A program made the position numbers and the translations under genes. Source: Malacoraja senta (Eukaryota). From it: a stretch of 64,000 nt of DNA. The stretch covers positions 18,974,001 through 19,038,000 of the forward strand of contig CM075987.1 in NCBI GenBank assembly GCA_038087875.1, read 5' to 3'. The notes beneath the pieces are model-generated. The model was not told the origin of the DNA. It ran no database searches and saw only the letters and a list, made by a program, of their open reading frames with translations. Numbering within the stretch: position 1 is the stretch's first letter; the number at the start of each line of letters is the position of its first letter. Of this stretch, positions 1 through 13,356 are shown piece by piece.

Positions 1-2260
1 CCCCTGCCAGCATATTCCAGGCACTCACTCAGTTTGACCTCAAGTTTGATATCATCTTGCTTGGCTTTCAAGCAAACTGTTGCCATGTGTCTCTTGATAT
101 CAAAATTACATCAAAGACTCATTTGAATGTTGTGCTTCCACAATGACAATTATTCCTATTCTTGTTCTTTCCTTTTCTTGAAAATGCCACAGAGCTAGCC
201 CAGAACATGCTCACACTCTGATCTTTCATTGGGCGATTTCAAAATCCTATGCTTGTTTGACTGCTGCCTTCATTGCAAAGGCAATATCAATTGTTAGTGT
301 AAAATTCAGTTTCTTCCCATTGAACAGCCTCCTTTGTACTTACATATTCTGGATTCCACAAACAATTTTATCCTGAAATTTATTTTCTATTTGTAAGGTA
401 CACAATGTTCATCGAGCTGCTAAAATCTGATACAGCATCAGCAATAGCATCATGTGGATGTTGATCTCAGCCTTTTAACACATAGGACACTCAAGCTGGA
501 ATTTAAAATGTTTTTAATCAGCTTTCAGGTCTCAGCATGTAAAATGTAAAATAGACCTCTTCTACTCTGCAGTGTCAATTGTATCAGAAACAAAATGTAG
601 CTGAAATCCTTTATGCCTGAAATTTTAGTAAATCTCTTCAGTACCTTAGTAACACCTTTGCATAGAGGGTGACCAGAAATGTATTCAATACATACATCTT
701 CATGTTAGGTCTGCATTTGTTTTATGGAATTGTTGCATCATCTAAAAGACCAATGGAAGCAAAGATAGTTTACTTTAGTTTATTATTTTTATACGTACAG
801 AGGTACAGTGAAAAGCTTTTGTTTGCGTGCTATCCAGTCAAAGAAAAGACCATACATGAATACAATCAAGCTGTCTACAGTGCAGAGATAAAGGATAAAG
901 GGTGCAACATTTAGTGCACGAGAAAAGAAACAATTTTGTTTTCGATGATGCTTTTCACATTCCTTTCCAGATATCCGACACACTTTGCAGTTAACTAAGC
1001 TTTTCTGAGTTGTAATTGCTAACAAGCTTTTCTGAGTTGTAATTGTTCATTATAATGTCAAAATCAGAGCAACAAAATAAATTCGTAAAATATGCAAAGG
1101 ACTAATCCGTTTTTGTTTCATAATGTGGAAATAAAGATTGGCCAGACCAGAGCAGAACAAAAAAATTCTTTCACACTTCCACGCTCAGGACAAAATAAGG
1201 ACAAGCTGATTTCCAGCTGTTAACAAAACATTGCAAACTTTATTTCATTAAAATACGAACATGGTTTTAAAAATACAATAAGTAATAAGAACTTTCCAAG
1301 GGATATATATAGAATTTTAAAGTTTCCATTGTTATTATTTAAATGATTGCCTTGCCATAATTTGGACAATTAAATGACTCATTTGGAAGATTTCAGAAGT
1401 GAATTATCATGATTCGTTAATATGTATCATAGTCCAACTTTGTTAAAAAGTAAAATCTGAGTAATAAATATACAATACAAGCTCACTGCAAATCACCTTT
1501 GAATAACAAAACAGGAAAACTTATAACAGATCACTCAATGACATAGGTGCATGGTGAATAATTTAAAATTTAACGTTGATTATAATTTTCCTCAAAGCAC
1601 AATAATAGCATGCCGTCTGGTTCTTGCAGCAAAATGCTGTAGGAAGTTCATGTATTTCATCAGTGCTTGGGAAAAATTAAAATAGGAGGGGACTCAGCAG
1701 GTCAGGCAGCATCTGTGGAGGGAAATGTATGGAAGATGCTTTGGGTCAGGACCCTACTTCAACACTAGTTTTGAGCTTAATATTGTCTCCTTTGTATTAG
1801 ACTTTCCCCTAATAATCCGCACCAAGGAAAGACTGAGCTCAACATGAAATAACGGAATATTAATTTCCATTGATCTAAATAAAGTTACAAATTTGTCATG
1901 ATCATTAATCACCTTGAAAGTCAAGCCATTTTGTACCAAAGTTATAAAGTGCAACAAAAGTCAGTTTTCAGTTTTGAAATTGAGAAACTTAGAGCAATCA
2001 GGTCTGTTGGCTCTTCAACTCAAAAGGATAAATTTACCCAATGTTATCAATAGTAAAAAAGGAAAAAGGAATCATCCATTTTCAAAACATAACTGATGTT
2101 ACTGCCACACCATCAATTGCCTACAACTGAATATTTGTAATAATTAAGAATTGTTATAAAACAGCTTTTCCATTGAGATTATTACTATGTTTAAAATTAG
2201 ACATAATTCCACATGTATAATTCTAATTAACATTCATTCTAATTTCACAAAGGATTAAAT

Positions 2261-2468
2261 GTGTAGGAAGGAACTGCAGATGCTGGTTTATACCGAAGAT
2301 AGACAAAATGCTGGAGTAACTTAGCGGGAGAGGCAGCATCTCTGGGTAGAAGGAATGGGTGACGTTTCAGTCTGCAGAAGGGTCTCGACCCGAAACATCA
2401 CCCATTCTTTATATCCAGAAATGCTGCCTGTCCCTCTGAGTTACTCTAGCATTTTGTGTCTATCTTCA
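2261..2468. repeat. Palindromic dispersed repeat (Penelope-like derived family; many partial copies in the window)
   Basis: Inverted arms ~2290-2368 and ~2392-2463 (AAAATGCTGGAGTAACT...GCAGCAT / ATGCTGCC...AGTTACTC..GCATTTT). Confidence 0.7.
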
Positions 2469-4551
2469 TAAAGGTTTAAAGTTGTATAATTATTCCATTT
2501 TTTTGGTAAATCTCATGGTTATTGAGCCTTTACACTTATTGCTCTTATAGAACACAGAACAGTAGAAGCACAGGAACTTCCCGTCTCTAATGAAGGGTCT
2601 TCAACCTGAAACATTAGCTCCGTTGCTCTTCCCACAGATGAGGTCTGACCTGCTGAATATTTCCAGCATTTTCTAATTTTCTTTCAGACTTGGAAGGCAT
2701 GTGCTATAATGAATGCTTTCATTCTTCCCCCGCACAATTAAAGCATGGAATAATCTCCACCCTACTATAGTTACCCAACCAGATGCAACTAAATTTAAGG
2801 TAGCTCTTTCTTCCCAAAAACCCTTTCTGGCTTAAGTCCTCCCTCCACCATCTCCAGTTTAAATTCCATTTGGAATATTTTGGAGGACCAAGAAACCAAG
2901 AACCAAGAACCAAGAGTGGATCTCTGTCACTGAGGAGATTAGAGTCATGGCAACAGCATCCCAAGGCTCAGGAACTGAGGAGGGAAATAAAAAAACAAGG
3001 CACAGCCCTGATGTTTTAATTTACCTAATGCCTTGTGTCAATGCTAGCGAATTAAAAATATCTGAAACATTTCTACAGCTGAATAATTTTAATTATTAAG
3101 AGTTATTGTGATAGGTGGGTGCCTGGAATATATTGCCAGGGGTGGTGATGGAGTTAGATACAATAGTGGTGTTGTAGAGGCTTTTAGAGGGATATGTAGG
3201 GAACGGAGGGATATGGAACAAGTGCAGGCAGATTAGTTTAACTTGGCATCATTTTTGGCACAGCCATTGGGGACAAAAGGGCCTGTTCCAGTGCTGTACT
3301 GTTCTATGTTCTAGGTTTAACTTCCTTTCAATATATAAGTCACTTTAATCTCCAACTGAAGAATGTTTGAGGTGTGTAATGTCCAGGCTTTTTATGATGG
3401 TGAGTGCCTCTAAAAAGTTAAACATTATTTTGTTTTCTGGCAACGCGACACATGTTTACTAATGGTACATTCTGGCACCTTTTTGTCTAGTAAATAAAGC
3501 ACTGATAATGTCTGATATAAACAGTCACACTATTGGACAGCATTCAGAGAACATGTTGAGCAGATACTAAACAGCTGCCCAGCACCACAACAGATTCCTT
3601 GCCACTCTTAATATAGCCATGTTCTGCAGGATACCAATAAATATGAACCATTTACAGCTGTGAATGTATTTTACAGTTGCGAAGGTATTTAAAAGCTAAA
3701 TGTAAGAATTTATCTGCTGTGCTCCATACATTTCTTAAGGAGGTTTAACTGCCAACTAAAGTTGAGCACACAAGACTCTAGCATAGTCCAGCATGAGTAT
3801 AGTTCATATTTCAGTTCCATTTGTTTTACGTTCCACCATAATAGACTTCATTTAACACCTGTGTACAGAAAACAACCAGTAAACGCCTGCCTGACTAAAC
3901 ACTTAAGGCGAGCTACATGACTAAATTAAGTCACCCATCCAAAATGCATCTGTGGTAATGCTAATTTAGTGCCTTGGTAAATGATTCAGAAGAGAGAATA
4001 ATCCACTCAGCACTCATTTCTGTTCAATTTCACAGAAGAGTTACATCTCTCAAAAGGCCATTTAGACTGTCAGGTTCATACCAGTTCTACCCAAGAGCAA
4101 TCCTGGTACTTGCTCTCCTCGTAGCTTTGCACATTCTATTTCCTTCAAAATCAGATAATGTCTCTGTCCTTCTGGCATAAGTTTAAAATCCACGTGAAAG
4201 AACAGACTCAAAAACTGCACCTCTTGTACCACAACATTCCCTATATTCACATGGATTTTGTACAGTCCTTGTGACAGACTTGAACCCACAACTTTCAACC
4301 TAGAAGTGGGTGCTCTGTGCTATGGTAAGGCCACTGTAAATGGATGGCCATCACCTTGCTTGTCAACTTCCAAGTTATACTTTGTCCCCAGTGCAAATCA
4401 GGCCGTTATGTCCTTTTGCTCAGCGTTAACTAGATTCCCTGTATTTAATTTTGCACATTGTGGTGATTATGAACATTCTGAGAAACATTTTAACAACTGG
4501 TTCTTCATCTGGTGTTGCCAGTACATTGTCAATGATACATTGCCTGAAATT

Positions 4552-4731
4552 TCATGTGGAGGTGGTGATGAACTCTTGCTCGGCCAGCCTCTTGCTATAG
4601 ATGGTGCTGAGAATATTTGCTGTGTCCTGAACCAGGATGTTAAAGATGTCCTCAGTTAGTCTCATCTTCACTGTGAGCTCATCAGCAGCATACTCCACCC
4701 AGTCACCCTCTTCTTCATGCAGTTCCTGAAT
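4552..4731 (-). CDS. CCDC187: Terminal coding exon, DUF4378-like C-terminus (IQELHEEEGDWVEYAADELTVKMRLTEDIFNILVQDTANILSTIYSKRLAEQEFITTST*)
   Basis: Acceptor ctcctgtttag|ATT, phase 0, 180 nt ending in TGA at 4552-4554. Resembles the CEP350 C-terminus (QELHEEEAQWVNYDEDELCVKMQL). Confidence 0.92.
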   Translation of the reverse strand: MQELHEEEGDWVEYAADELTVKMRLTEDIFNILVQDTANILSTIYSKRLAEQEFITTST

Positions 4732-4761
4732 CTAAACAGGAGAGCATTGTGAGAATATCAA

Positions 4762-7700
4762 AAGTAAATGGTAGATAAGCTTGGAGATTAGAGAAGATTT
4801 ATTTAAATATAAAGATATGGCAGATACGGTAAGGCTGACACATAAAATTTGGCTTTGAATGGGTCCCAACTCCCTTTTGTAAGATTATTCAAGGGGACGG
4901 AGCTAAATGTAGATTAACAACTACGGAAGTCATTAATTGTGTAACTACCACCATTAGGTGGATAATTGGTCACAGTGTCGTCATTTTTAGACACTGTAAC
5001 CTCACTCTTTTGATTTTTTTTTAATGTCATAATAATGTACACTTTTTTGTTTCTTTACTTAAGGACAATTTTGAGAGGGATGTAATAACTGAATTTAATA
5101 TTGCAAATGCTCGCCCAACAGCCAGAGACCTAAGGTATTGTTTGCACCACATGTTTAAAAGGTAGTAAATAATTCAAAATGCAAGACGATATACAAAAGA
5201 AATTTGGAGGAATCACATTCTGTAGTTGGAATATTAGGGGTGCTCATGAACCAATTAAAAGGGGTACGATTTTTGCACAATTGAAGTCACTCAATACGGA
5301 CATAATATTCCTACAAGAAACTCATTTGAAACTGCAAGTGCAAGCCAGATTGAAGGCAAACTGGATAGGCCAAACATACCAATCTTCATATATTTCCAAA
5401 GCTAGAGGCACAGCAATCATTATTCGAAAAGGTATACCATTTAAATCGAAGAATATCATGACAGATAAGGAAGGGAGATACCTTATAGTTACCGGAGAGA
5501 TTCATGATACCCCAATCACCTTGGTAAATATTTATGCGCCTAATTTTGATAATCCTCAATTTTTTAATAAAATTTTGAATATAATTACAGAGTTCAATTA
5601 TCAAAATGTGATAATTGGGGGAGATTTTAAACTGTGTTTTAGATCCATATATGGATAAATCTTCACAACAGAGTAGGGGCAACACAAAATCTAAAACTAG
5701 GGAAATCTTAAATACTTACATAAAAAATACAAATATAACAGATGTTTGGAGGATTGCTAACCCTGTCGGAAGGGAATACTAATTTTATTCAATGGTACAC
5801 AAAACGTATTCACGTATCGACTATTTTTTAGTGGATACAAAACTAATTCCCTATACAATGAACCCAAAATATCACAATAGTATAATTTCTGATCATTCCC
5901 TGTTAACTTTTTTAAAAATTAGAAGGAATGCCTTCTAATAAATCGTTTTGGAGGTTTAATCCTCAAATCTTAAATGACACACAAGGGGAAATATATTTAA
6001 AACAACAGATGGAACTTTTTAAAAAGAATAATGATACCCCAGATATTTCACCAGTTCTGCTATGGGAATCATTCAAAGCAGTTATTAGAGGATCTATAAT
6101 CTCATACCAAGCCTTTTTAAATAAAAGGAATAAGAAAGAACAAAGGCAGTTAGAAGAACGAATTAGAGAATTGGAATTAGATAATGCTAAAGAGCCTACT
6201 ATAGACAAACATAATAAAATAACAATAATGAAATTTAAATTAAACAAAATATTATCAGCAAATGTTATTAGATTATTTCAAATCACAAAACAGGAAAATT
6301 TTGAATTTGGGGATAAACCACATAAGCTTCTGGCTCGACAACTGAAAAAACGGGAAAAGGACCACACGATTTTAAGGATTAAATCAAATAAAGGGGAATT
6401 GTTAACACTACCTAAGGATATTAATAAAAGATTCGCTCAATTTTATCAAAATGTATACACATCTAAAGCGGTAGCAGATAGTACTAAAGTTAGAGAGTTC
6501 CTGGATAATTGTAATCTCCCAAAACTCAATGTGAGTGAACAAGAGGAATTAGGTGCACAAATCTCAACTAAGGAAATAGAAGAAACAATAAATACATTAA
6601 AGAATGGAAAAACTCCAGGACCAGATGGTTTTAGAAATGAATTTTATAAAAGATTTTACGAGATAATTACACCACGACTACATAAAATGTATACATATGC
6701 TTTTAAAGAACATACACTTCCAGAAACACTGGCGGAGTCAACGATTACACTAATACCTAAAAAAGGTAACGATTTAGAAGATCCGGGCTCTTATAGAGCT
6801 ATTGCGCTGTTAAATACAGATCAAAAAATATTAGCGAAAACATTAGCTAGAAGGCTAAGTAACTATGTCAGTAAATTATAAATCCAGATCAAACAGGGTT
6901 TATACCCAAGAGATATTCAAGTAATAACCTGAGACGTCTGTTTAATATAATGCACTCACATAAAACCGAAGAGCAAGACTTATCAATTATTTCACTGGAC
7001 GCAGAAAAAGCATTTGATCAAGTGGAATGGGATTATATGGTTAAAGTATTGCAAAAATTTCAAGTGGGAGAGAATTTTATCGCTTGGGTAAAATTATTAT
7101 ATGACAGGCCTACGGCCAGAATATTAACTAATAATATCTTGTCCTCGAAATTTCAGTTATCAAGGGGAAATAGACAGGGTTGTTCATTATCACCTCTGCT
7201 ATTTGCTCTTGTAATAGAACCGTTAGCGGAAAGTATTAGGATACATCCGAATATTCATGGATACAATACAAAACATTCAAATAATAAGATATCTTTATAT
7301 GCAGATGATGTACTACTATATATTACAAAATCACAAACTAGTATACCAAATATATTAAATTTAATTGAGGAATTTGGATCCTTTTCAGGATATAGAATAA
7401 ATTGGAATAAAAGTGAAATTATGCCGATTAAACCTCAGGAATCGACACACCTGTTAAAATTCCCTTTTTAAATCGCCTCAGAAAAATTTAAATATTTGGG
7501 AATTGAAATTACTAGAAAATATAAATCTCTATTTAATGCAAACTATATGCCCTTACTCAATAAACTAAACACACTGATTAAATTCTGGAAAACCCTCCCG
7601 ATGTCTCTTATAGGCTGAATAAATGCTATAAAAATGATCTTTTTACCACAAATTCCAGTCAATATACTTACCAAAAAAATTCGTTTTTTTAAATTGGATG

Positions 7701-9274
7701 CTGATATTACAAATTTTATATGGGACTATAAATCCCACAGAATCCAAAGAAAACATTTGTGTAAACCTAAGGAATTTGGTGGATTATCACTCCCCAATTT
7801 TTTATATTATTATTGGGCCACAAATGTCAAAAATCTGATTCACCTGTTGGACAATTCGGCCCAGCAGGTGGATTGGATAGTAATGGAGAGAGAGGACTGC
7901 TCCCCTTTTAACACCAACAAAAATAAAGAATACAATATATAGTAAAAATCCAATTATTCACAGTACAATTAGAATTTGGAAACAAATAAAATTAACGTTA
8001 AAATTAAGAAATCTATCACTTCTTTCACCTATAATGAATAACCCTTCGTTTAAACCCTCTATGATAGATAGAGCTTTTATAAATTGGGAAAGAGTAGGAA
8101 TTAAAACGTTTGGAGATATGTATGATCATGGAAGTTTTTTAACATTTCACCAATTACAACTTAAATACAACTTGAATAATAATCAATATTTTAAATATTT
8201 TCAACTACGTGACTATTTGAAAAAGTATACACGAGATTATCAAAATATGTCTCCTGACTTATTAGATGGGATAATGAATATAAAAGCGGAATCAGCTAAT
8301 TTAATATCATACCTATATAATTCCATTTTAAATATAGAAATTCCATCATCAGACGGGATCAGAAGAGAATGGGAACAGGAATTAACTATAAAAATCTCGA
8401 AAGAGAGTTGGGATAAACATCTATTATATGCGCATAAATGTTCGATTAACGTAAGACATACTCTGATTCAATTTAAAATTTTACATAGATTATATTATTC
8501 AAAAGCTAAATTAAGTAAATTTTACCCAAATACCTCTAAATGTGATAAATGCCTAGTCCAAGAATCAACTATAGCACATTCTTTTGTTTTTTGTATAAAA
8601 ATTCAAAAATTGTGGAATGAAATTTTTGAAATTTTCACTAAATTATTTAAAATAAAACTGAAACCGAATGCAGAACTGATTATTTTTGGAACAATAGAAG
8701 CAAGTTTGGAGCTGACTTCGTTTCAAAGGAGTTTTCATAGTTATGGCTTAATAACGGCAAAAAAATTAATACTGAAATTTTGGAAAAATGCTCCTACGCC
8801 AACAATAAAAATGTGGACTTCTAATATGTCGGAATTGTTACATCTAGAAGATATGAGATTCCTCCTAGCAGGTAAACAAGACCAATTCCAAAAGATTTGG
8901 TCTCCATATATCGACTTATTACAAACATAGGGTGCAACAAAATGATGATAATAAATGGTTTTAGGTCCTGGCGAGGGGTGAGTAAAGATGAGAAGTAGGT
9001 GCATCCCTTTCATATTGTCCTATCTTATTTTCTTTTTTCTCTCTTTTTCTTTTCTTCTTTAACTACTTCATGTGGTTTAGGTTCACGTGTGTTCCTGGAC
9101 CACTTTTTCATTCACTCACTGACTGTCTTTGCTAGCTCTTTCTATCCTTTCTTTCTATTAAAGTTGAAAAACAGAAGTGGTACAAGAACTGTATAAATTT
9201 ACGTTATTGCAGATTACTGTAATGTAAAATACTTCTAATAAATTAAAAAAAAAAATAATAATAATAATAATAAT
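4762..9274 (+). mobile_element. L1-clade LINE, 5'-truncated, near-complete ORF2 broken by frameshifts
   Basis: ORF fragments 5179-8930 contain APE endonuclease motifs (SWNIRG, LQETH, NIYAPN, GGDF), RT motifs (GKTPGPDG, LDAEKAFD, RQGCSLSPLLF, YADD) and a C-terminal Cys/His region. AATAAA plus A/(AAT)n tail at ~9237-9274; putative TSD AATATCAA at 4754-4761 and 9275-9282. Confidence 0.93.
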
Positions 9275-9666
9275 AATATCAATACAGCACAGGAACACGT
9301 CCTTCAGCCCACCGTGCCCACACAGGACATGACTGATTAAATGATGCAGCATGGAAACAGGCCCTTCAGCACAGTCCCCACTGATCGTTGATCATCTGTT
9401 CACACTAGTTCTATGTTAACCCACTTTCCCCATCCACTCCCTCCCTGTAGGAGGAAACTAGAGCACCCGAAAGAAACTCACAGGTTCACAGGGAGAATGT
9501 GCATTAGTGCATCAGTCTACCCAGATAGCACCCAAAGTCAGAGTTAAACCCAGGTCTTTGGTGCTGTGAGGCAGCAGCTCTATCAGCTTTGCCACTATGC
9601 AACCCTTTATGACGCCAACCTGATTAATCCAATCCGCCTGCACGTTGTCAGTATCCCTGCCTTTTA

Positions 9667-11797
9667 CATAGATACATAGAAAATAGGTGCAGGAGTAGGC
9701 CATTCGGCCCTTCGAGCCTGCACCGCCATTCAATATGATCATGGTTGATCATCTAACTCAGTATCCCGTACCTGCCTTCTCTCCATACCCCCTGATCCCT
9801 TTAGCCACAAGGGCCATATCTAACTCCCTCTTAAATATAGCCAATGAACTGGCCTCAACTACCCTCTGTGGCAGAGAGTTCCAGAGATTCACCACTCTCT
9901 GTGTGAAAAAGTTTTTCCTCATCTCGGTCTTAAAGGATTTCCCCCTTATCCTTAAGCTGTGACCCCTTGTCCTGGACTTCCCCAACATCGGGAACAATCT
10001 TCCTGCATCTAGCCTGTCCAACCCCATAAGAATTTTGTACGTTTCTATAAGATCCCCTCTCAATCTCCTAAATTCTAGCGAGTATAAGCCAAGTCTATCC
10101 AGTCTTTCTTCATATGAAAGTCCTGACATCCCAGGAATCAGTCTGGTGAACCTTCTCTGCACTCCCTCTATGGCTATAATGTCCTTCCTCAGATTTGGAG
10201 ACCAAAACTGTACGCAATACTCCAGGTGTGGTCTCACCAAGACCCTGTACAACTGCAGTAGAACCTCCCTGCTCCTATACTCAAATCCTTTTGCTATGAA
10301 AGCTAACATACCATTCGCTTTCTTCACTGCCTGCTGCACCTGCATGCCTACTTTCAATGACTGGTGTACCATGACACCCAGGCCTCGCTGCATCTCCGCA
10401 TTTCCTAATCGGCCACCATTTAGATAATAGTCTGCTTTCCTGTTTTTGCCACCAAAGTGGATAACCTCACATTTATCCACATTATACTGCATCTGCCAAA
10501 CATTTGCCCACTCACCCAGCCTATCCAAGTCACCTTGCCGTCTCCTAGCATCCTCCTCACAGCTAACACTGCCCCCCCAGCTTAGTGTCATCCGCAAACT
10601 TGGAGATGTTGCCTTCAATTCCCTCATCCAGTTCATTAATATAAATTGTAAATAGCTGGGGTCCCAGCACTGAGCCTTGCGGTACCCCACTGGTCACTGC
10701 CTGCCATTGTGAAAAGGACCCGTTTACTCCTACTCTTTGCTTCCTATTTGCCAGCCAGTTCTCTATCCACATCAATACTGAACCCCCAATACCGTGTGCT
10801 TTAAGTTTGTATACTAATCTCTTATGTGGTACCTTGTCGAAAGCCTTCTGAAAGTCCAGATACAACACATCCACTGGTTCTCCGCTATCCACTCTACTAG
10901 TTACATCCTCGAAAAATTCTATAAGATTCATCAGACACGATTTACCTTTCGTAAATCCATGCTAACTTTGTCCAATGATTTCACCACTTTCCAAATGTGC
11001 TGCTATCCCATCTTTAATAACTGACTCTAGCAGTTTCCCCACTACCGATGTTAGACTAACTGGTCTGTAATTCCCCGTTTTCTCTCTCCCTCCCTTCTTA
11101 AAAAGTGGGGTTACGTTTGCTACCCTCCAATCCTCAGGAACTACTCCAGAATCTAAAGAGTTTTGAAAAATTATCACTAATGCTTCCACTATTTCTGGAG
11201 CTACTTCCTTAAGTACTCTGGGATGCAGCCTATCTGGCCCTGGTGATTTATAGGCCTTTAATCCATTCAATTTACCCAACACCACTTCCCGACGAACCTG
11301 GATTTCACTCAGTTCCTCCATCTCCTTTGACCCGCGGCCCCCTGCTATTTCCGGCAGATTATTTATGTCTTCCTTAGTGAAGACGGAACCAAAGTAGTTA
11401 TTCAATTGGTCCGCCATATACTTGTTCCCCATGATCAATTCACCTGTTTCTGACTGCAAGGGACCTACATTTGTTTTAACTAATCTCTTTCTCTTCACAT
11501 ATCTATAAAAACTTTTGCAGTCAGTTTTTATGTTCCCTGCCAGTTTTCTTTCATAATCTATTTTCCCGTTCCTAATTAAGCCCTTTGTCCTCCTCGGCTG
11601 GTCTCTGAATTTCTCCCAGTCCTCTGGTATGCTGCTTTTTCTGGCTAATTTGTACGCATCATCCTTTGCTTTGATACTATCCCTGATTTCCCTTGTTATC
11701 CACGAATGCACTACCTTCCCTGATTTATTCTTTTGCCAAACTGGGATGAACAATTTTTGTAGTTCATCCATGCAGTCTTTAAATGCCTTCCAATGCC
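9667..11797 (-). mobile_element. CR1-clade (HER1-like) LINE, 5'-truncated RT region with frameshifts
   Basis: [41 protein letters not shown] motifs; CR1 C-terminus and (TCTATGT)-type tail. Confidence 0.93.
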
Positions 11798-12449
11798 TAA
11801 TATTATACACCCCACGGAAAAATAACTATCCACCCAATACCACTTTATAATCTTTACTGGATAAGGAATATCAGTTTGCATTTGTTTCCATTAAGCTGGG
11901 GGCAGTTTATAACAGATGTCAGAAGATCTCTGGTACATCAAGTATCACTCTTCACTCTGTCAGCAAGTCAGTAATCCACACAGAGCTCCAGTTAGATTTT
12001 TGCCCTATGCCCATCTTGGCAAAACAAGAGCCAGGTACTCTGATTCACCCAGGTACTCATTCACCCAGGAATACTGAAGCCGATTGTATCCCACTTCCAC
12101 CAACCACACCCAATTTAGCATAGGTGTAGGAGTAATTTGATACAGACAGTCCTATTCAGTATGGGTCATGGGACACCAGATCGTTATATAACTGACCCAT
12201 CAGTGGCCATCTCTGACAATGGTCAACTCACAGAAGAAACTGAAAGTGTTCTTTTAGGACGTGGTTTGAGCAAGATTTCAATGCTTGCATATATTTGGCT
12301 GGAGAGGCAATAGAAGCAGAGTCAATCTTTCTGAAGGGGGGGGCGGTTCCTGATCTGAAACATTGTCTGTCCATTCCCTCCACAAATGCTGCATGTCCTG
12401 CCGAGTTCCCTCCAGCACTTTGCGTTTTGCTTGAGGCCATAGAGTAACT

Positions 12450-13356
12450 GGCGGCGGCGGCGCGCGACTCTCGTCAGTCGGCGGCGCGACTCTCGTCAGC
12501 AGCGGCCTCTACAGTCCGTCTGTCTTTTTTATTATTTTTGTCTCGTTTTTATGTAGTTTTTATTAATTTTTTTTGTCGGGGTATGTGTGTGGGGGTGGCG
12601 GGGTGGGGGTGGGGTGGGGGGGGAAACTTTAAAATCTTTCCCCTGCACGGGAGACCCGACCTTTTCTTTGTCGGGTCTCCGTTGTCGTTGGGGCTGGGCA
12701 ACGTGGAGCGGCCTCCAGCAGGAACGACCTGGGGCTCCAGTTGCAGAGCTGCGGACTACTCACCGTCACGTGGCTGGCCGAGTCCGGAGCGGGTGGAGCT
12801 GTGGTGGAAACAATCGCTGCTGCTACCCGACCCCCGGAGATTCGGAGGCTACAACCGCGGGTCTGGCAGACGGCAACACCGGAAGCCCGCGGGTCCCTGG
12901 GGGGAGACCACTTTTCGGGGCTTCCGCAGCGGCGACTTCTCCTGCCCGAGTTGCGGGGTTGAAGAGCACCTGGAGCGGGGCTTTACATCGTCACCCCGCG
13001 CGGCTTGGAGTGGCCGCGGTCCTTTGCGAGCACGCGCCGGGGCTCTAACACCAAGACCCGGTGCGCGACCTTGCATCGCCCGGCGTGGCTTTAATGGCCA
13101 CGGGATAATCACCATCGCCCGCCGGGGGCTTTGACTTTGACATTGGGGGGGGGGGGGGGGGAGTGCAGTGGAGAGATACGTTTTTTTGCCTTCCATCACA
13201 GCGCTGTGATGGATGTATGTGTAACTTGTGTTGTGTCTCGGGTCTTCTTCGTTTTGTAATGTATGGCTGCAGAAACGATATTTCGTTTGGACCTCAAGGG
13301 GTCCAAATGACAAATTTGTCCAAATGACAAATAAATAATAATAATAATAATAATAA
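12450..13356 (+). mobile_element. GC-rich non-coding retroposon, copy A
   Basis: GGCGGCGC start, T-rich then G-rich tracts, CpG-rich body, two 3' hairpins, AATAAA and (AAT)n tail; possible TSD TAACT. Confidence 0.7.

Noticed and set aside
997..1045. 22-bp tandem duplication AAGCTTTTCTGAGTTGTAATTG
   Set aside because: Simple local duplication with no sign of function.
4062..4298. 78-aa minus-strand ORF as an exon of another gene
   Set aside because: No recognisable motif; it lies just downstream of the stop codon, probably in the 3' UTR.
4258..4659. 133-aa plus-strand ORF
   Set aside because: Antisense to the terminal exon and 3' UTR; no recognisable protein.
12538..13313. Overlapping 150-200 aa ORFs here and at 21142-21664 and 23410-23999
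   Set aside because: Stop-poor GC-rich repeat sequence; frames are not conserved between copies and no domain is recognisable.
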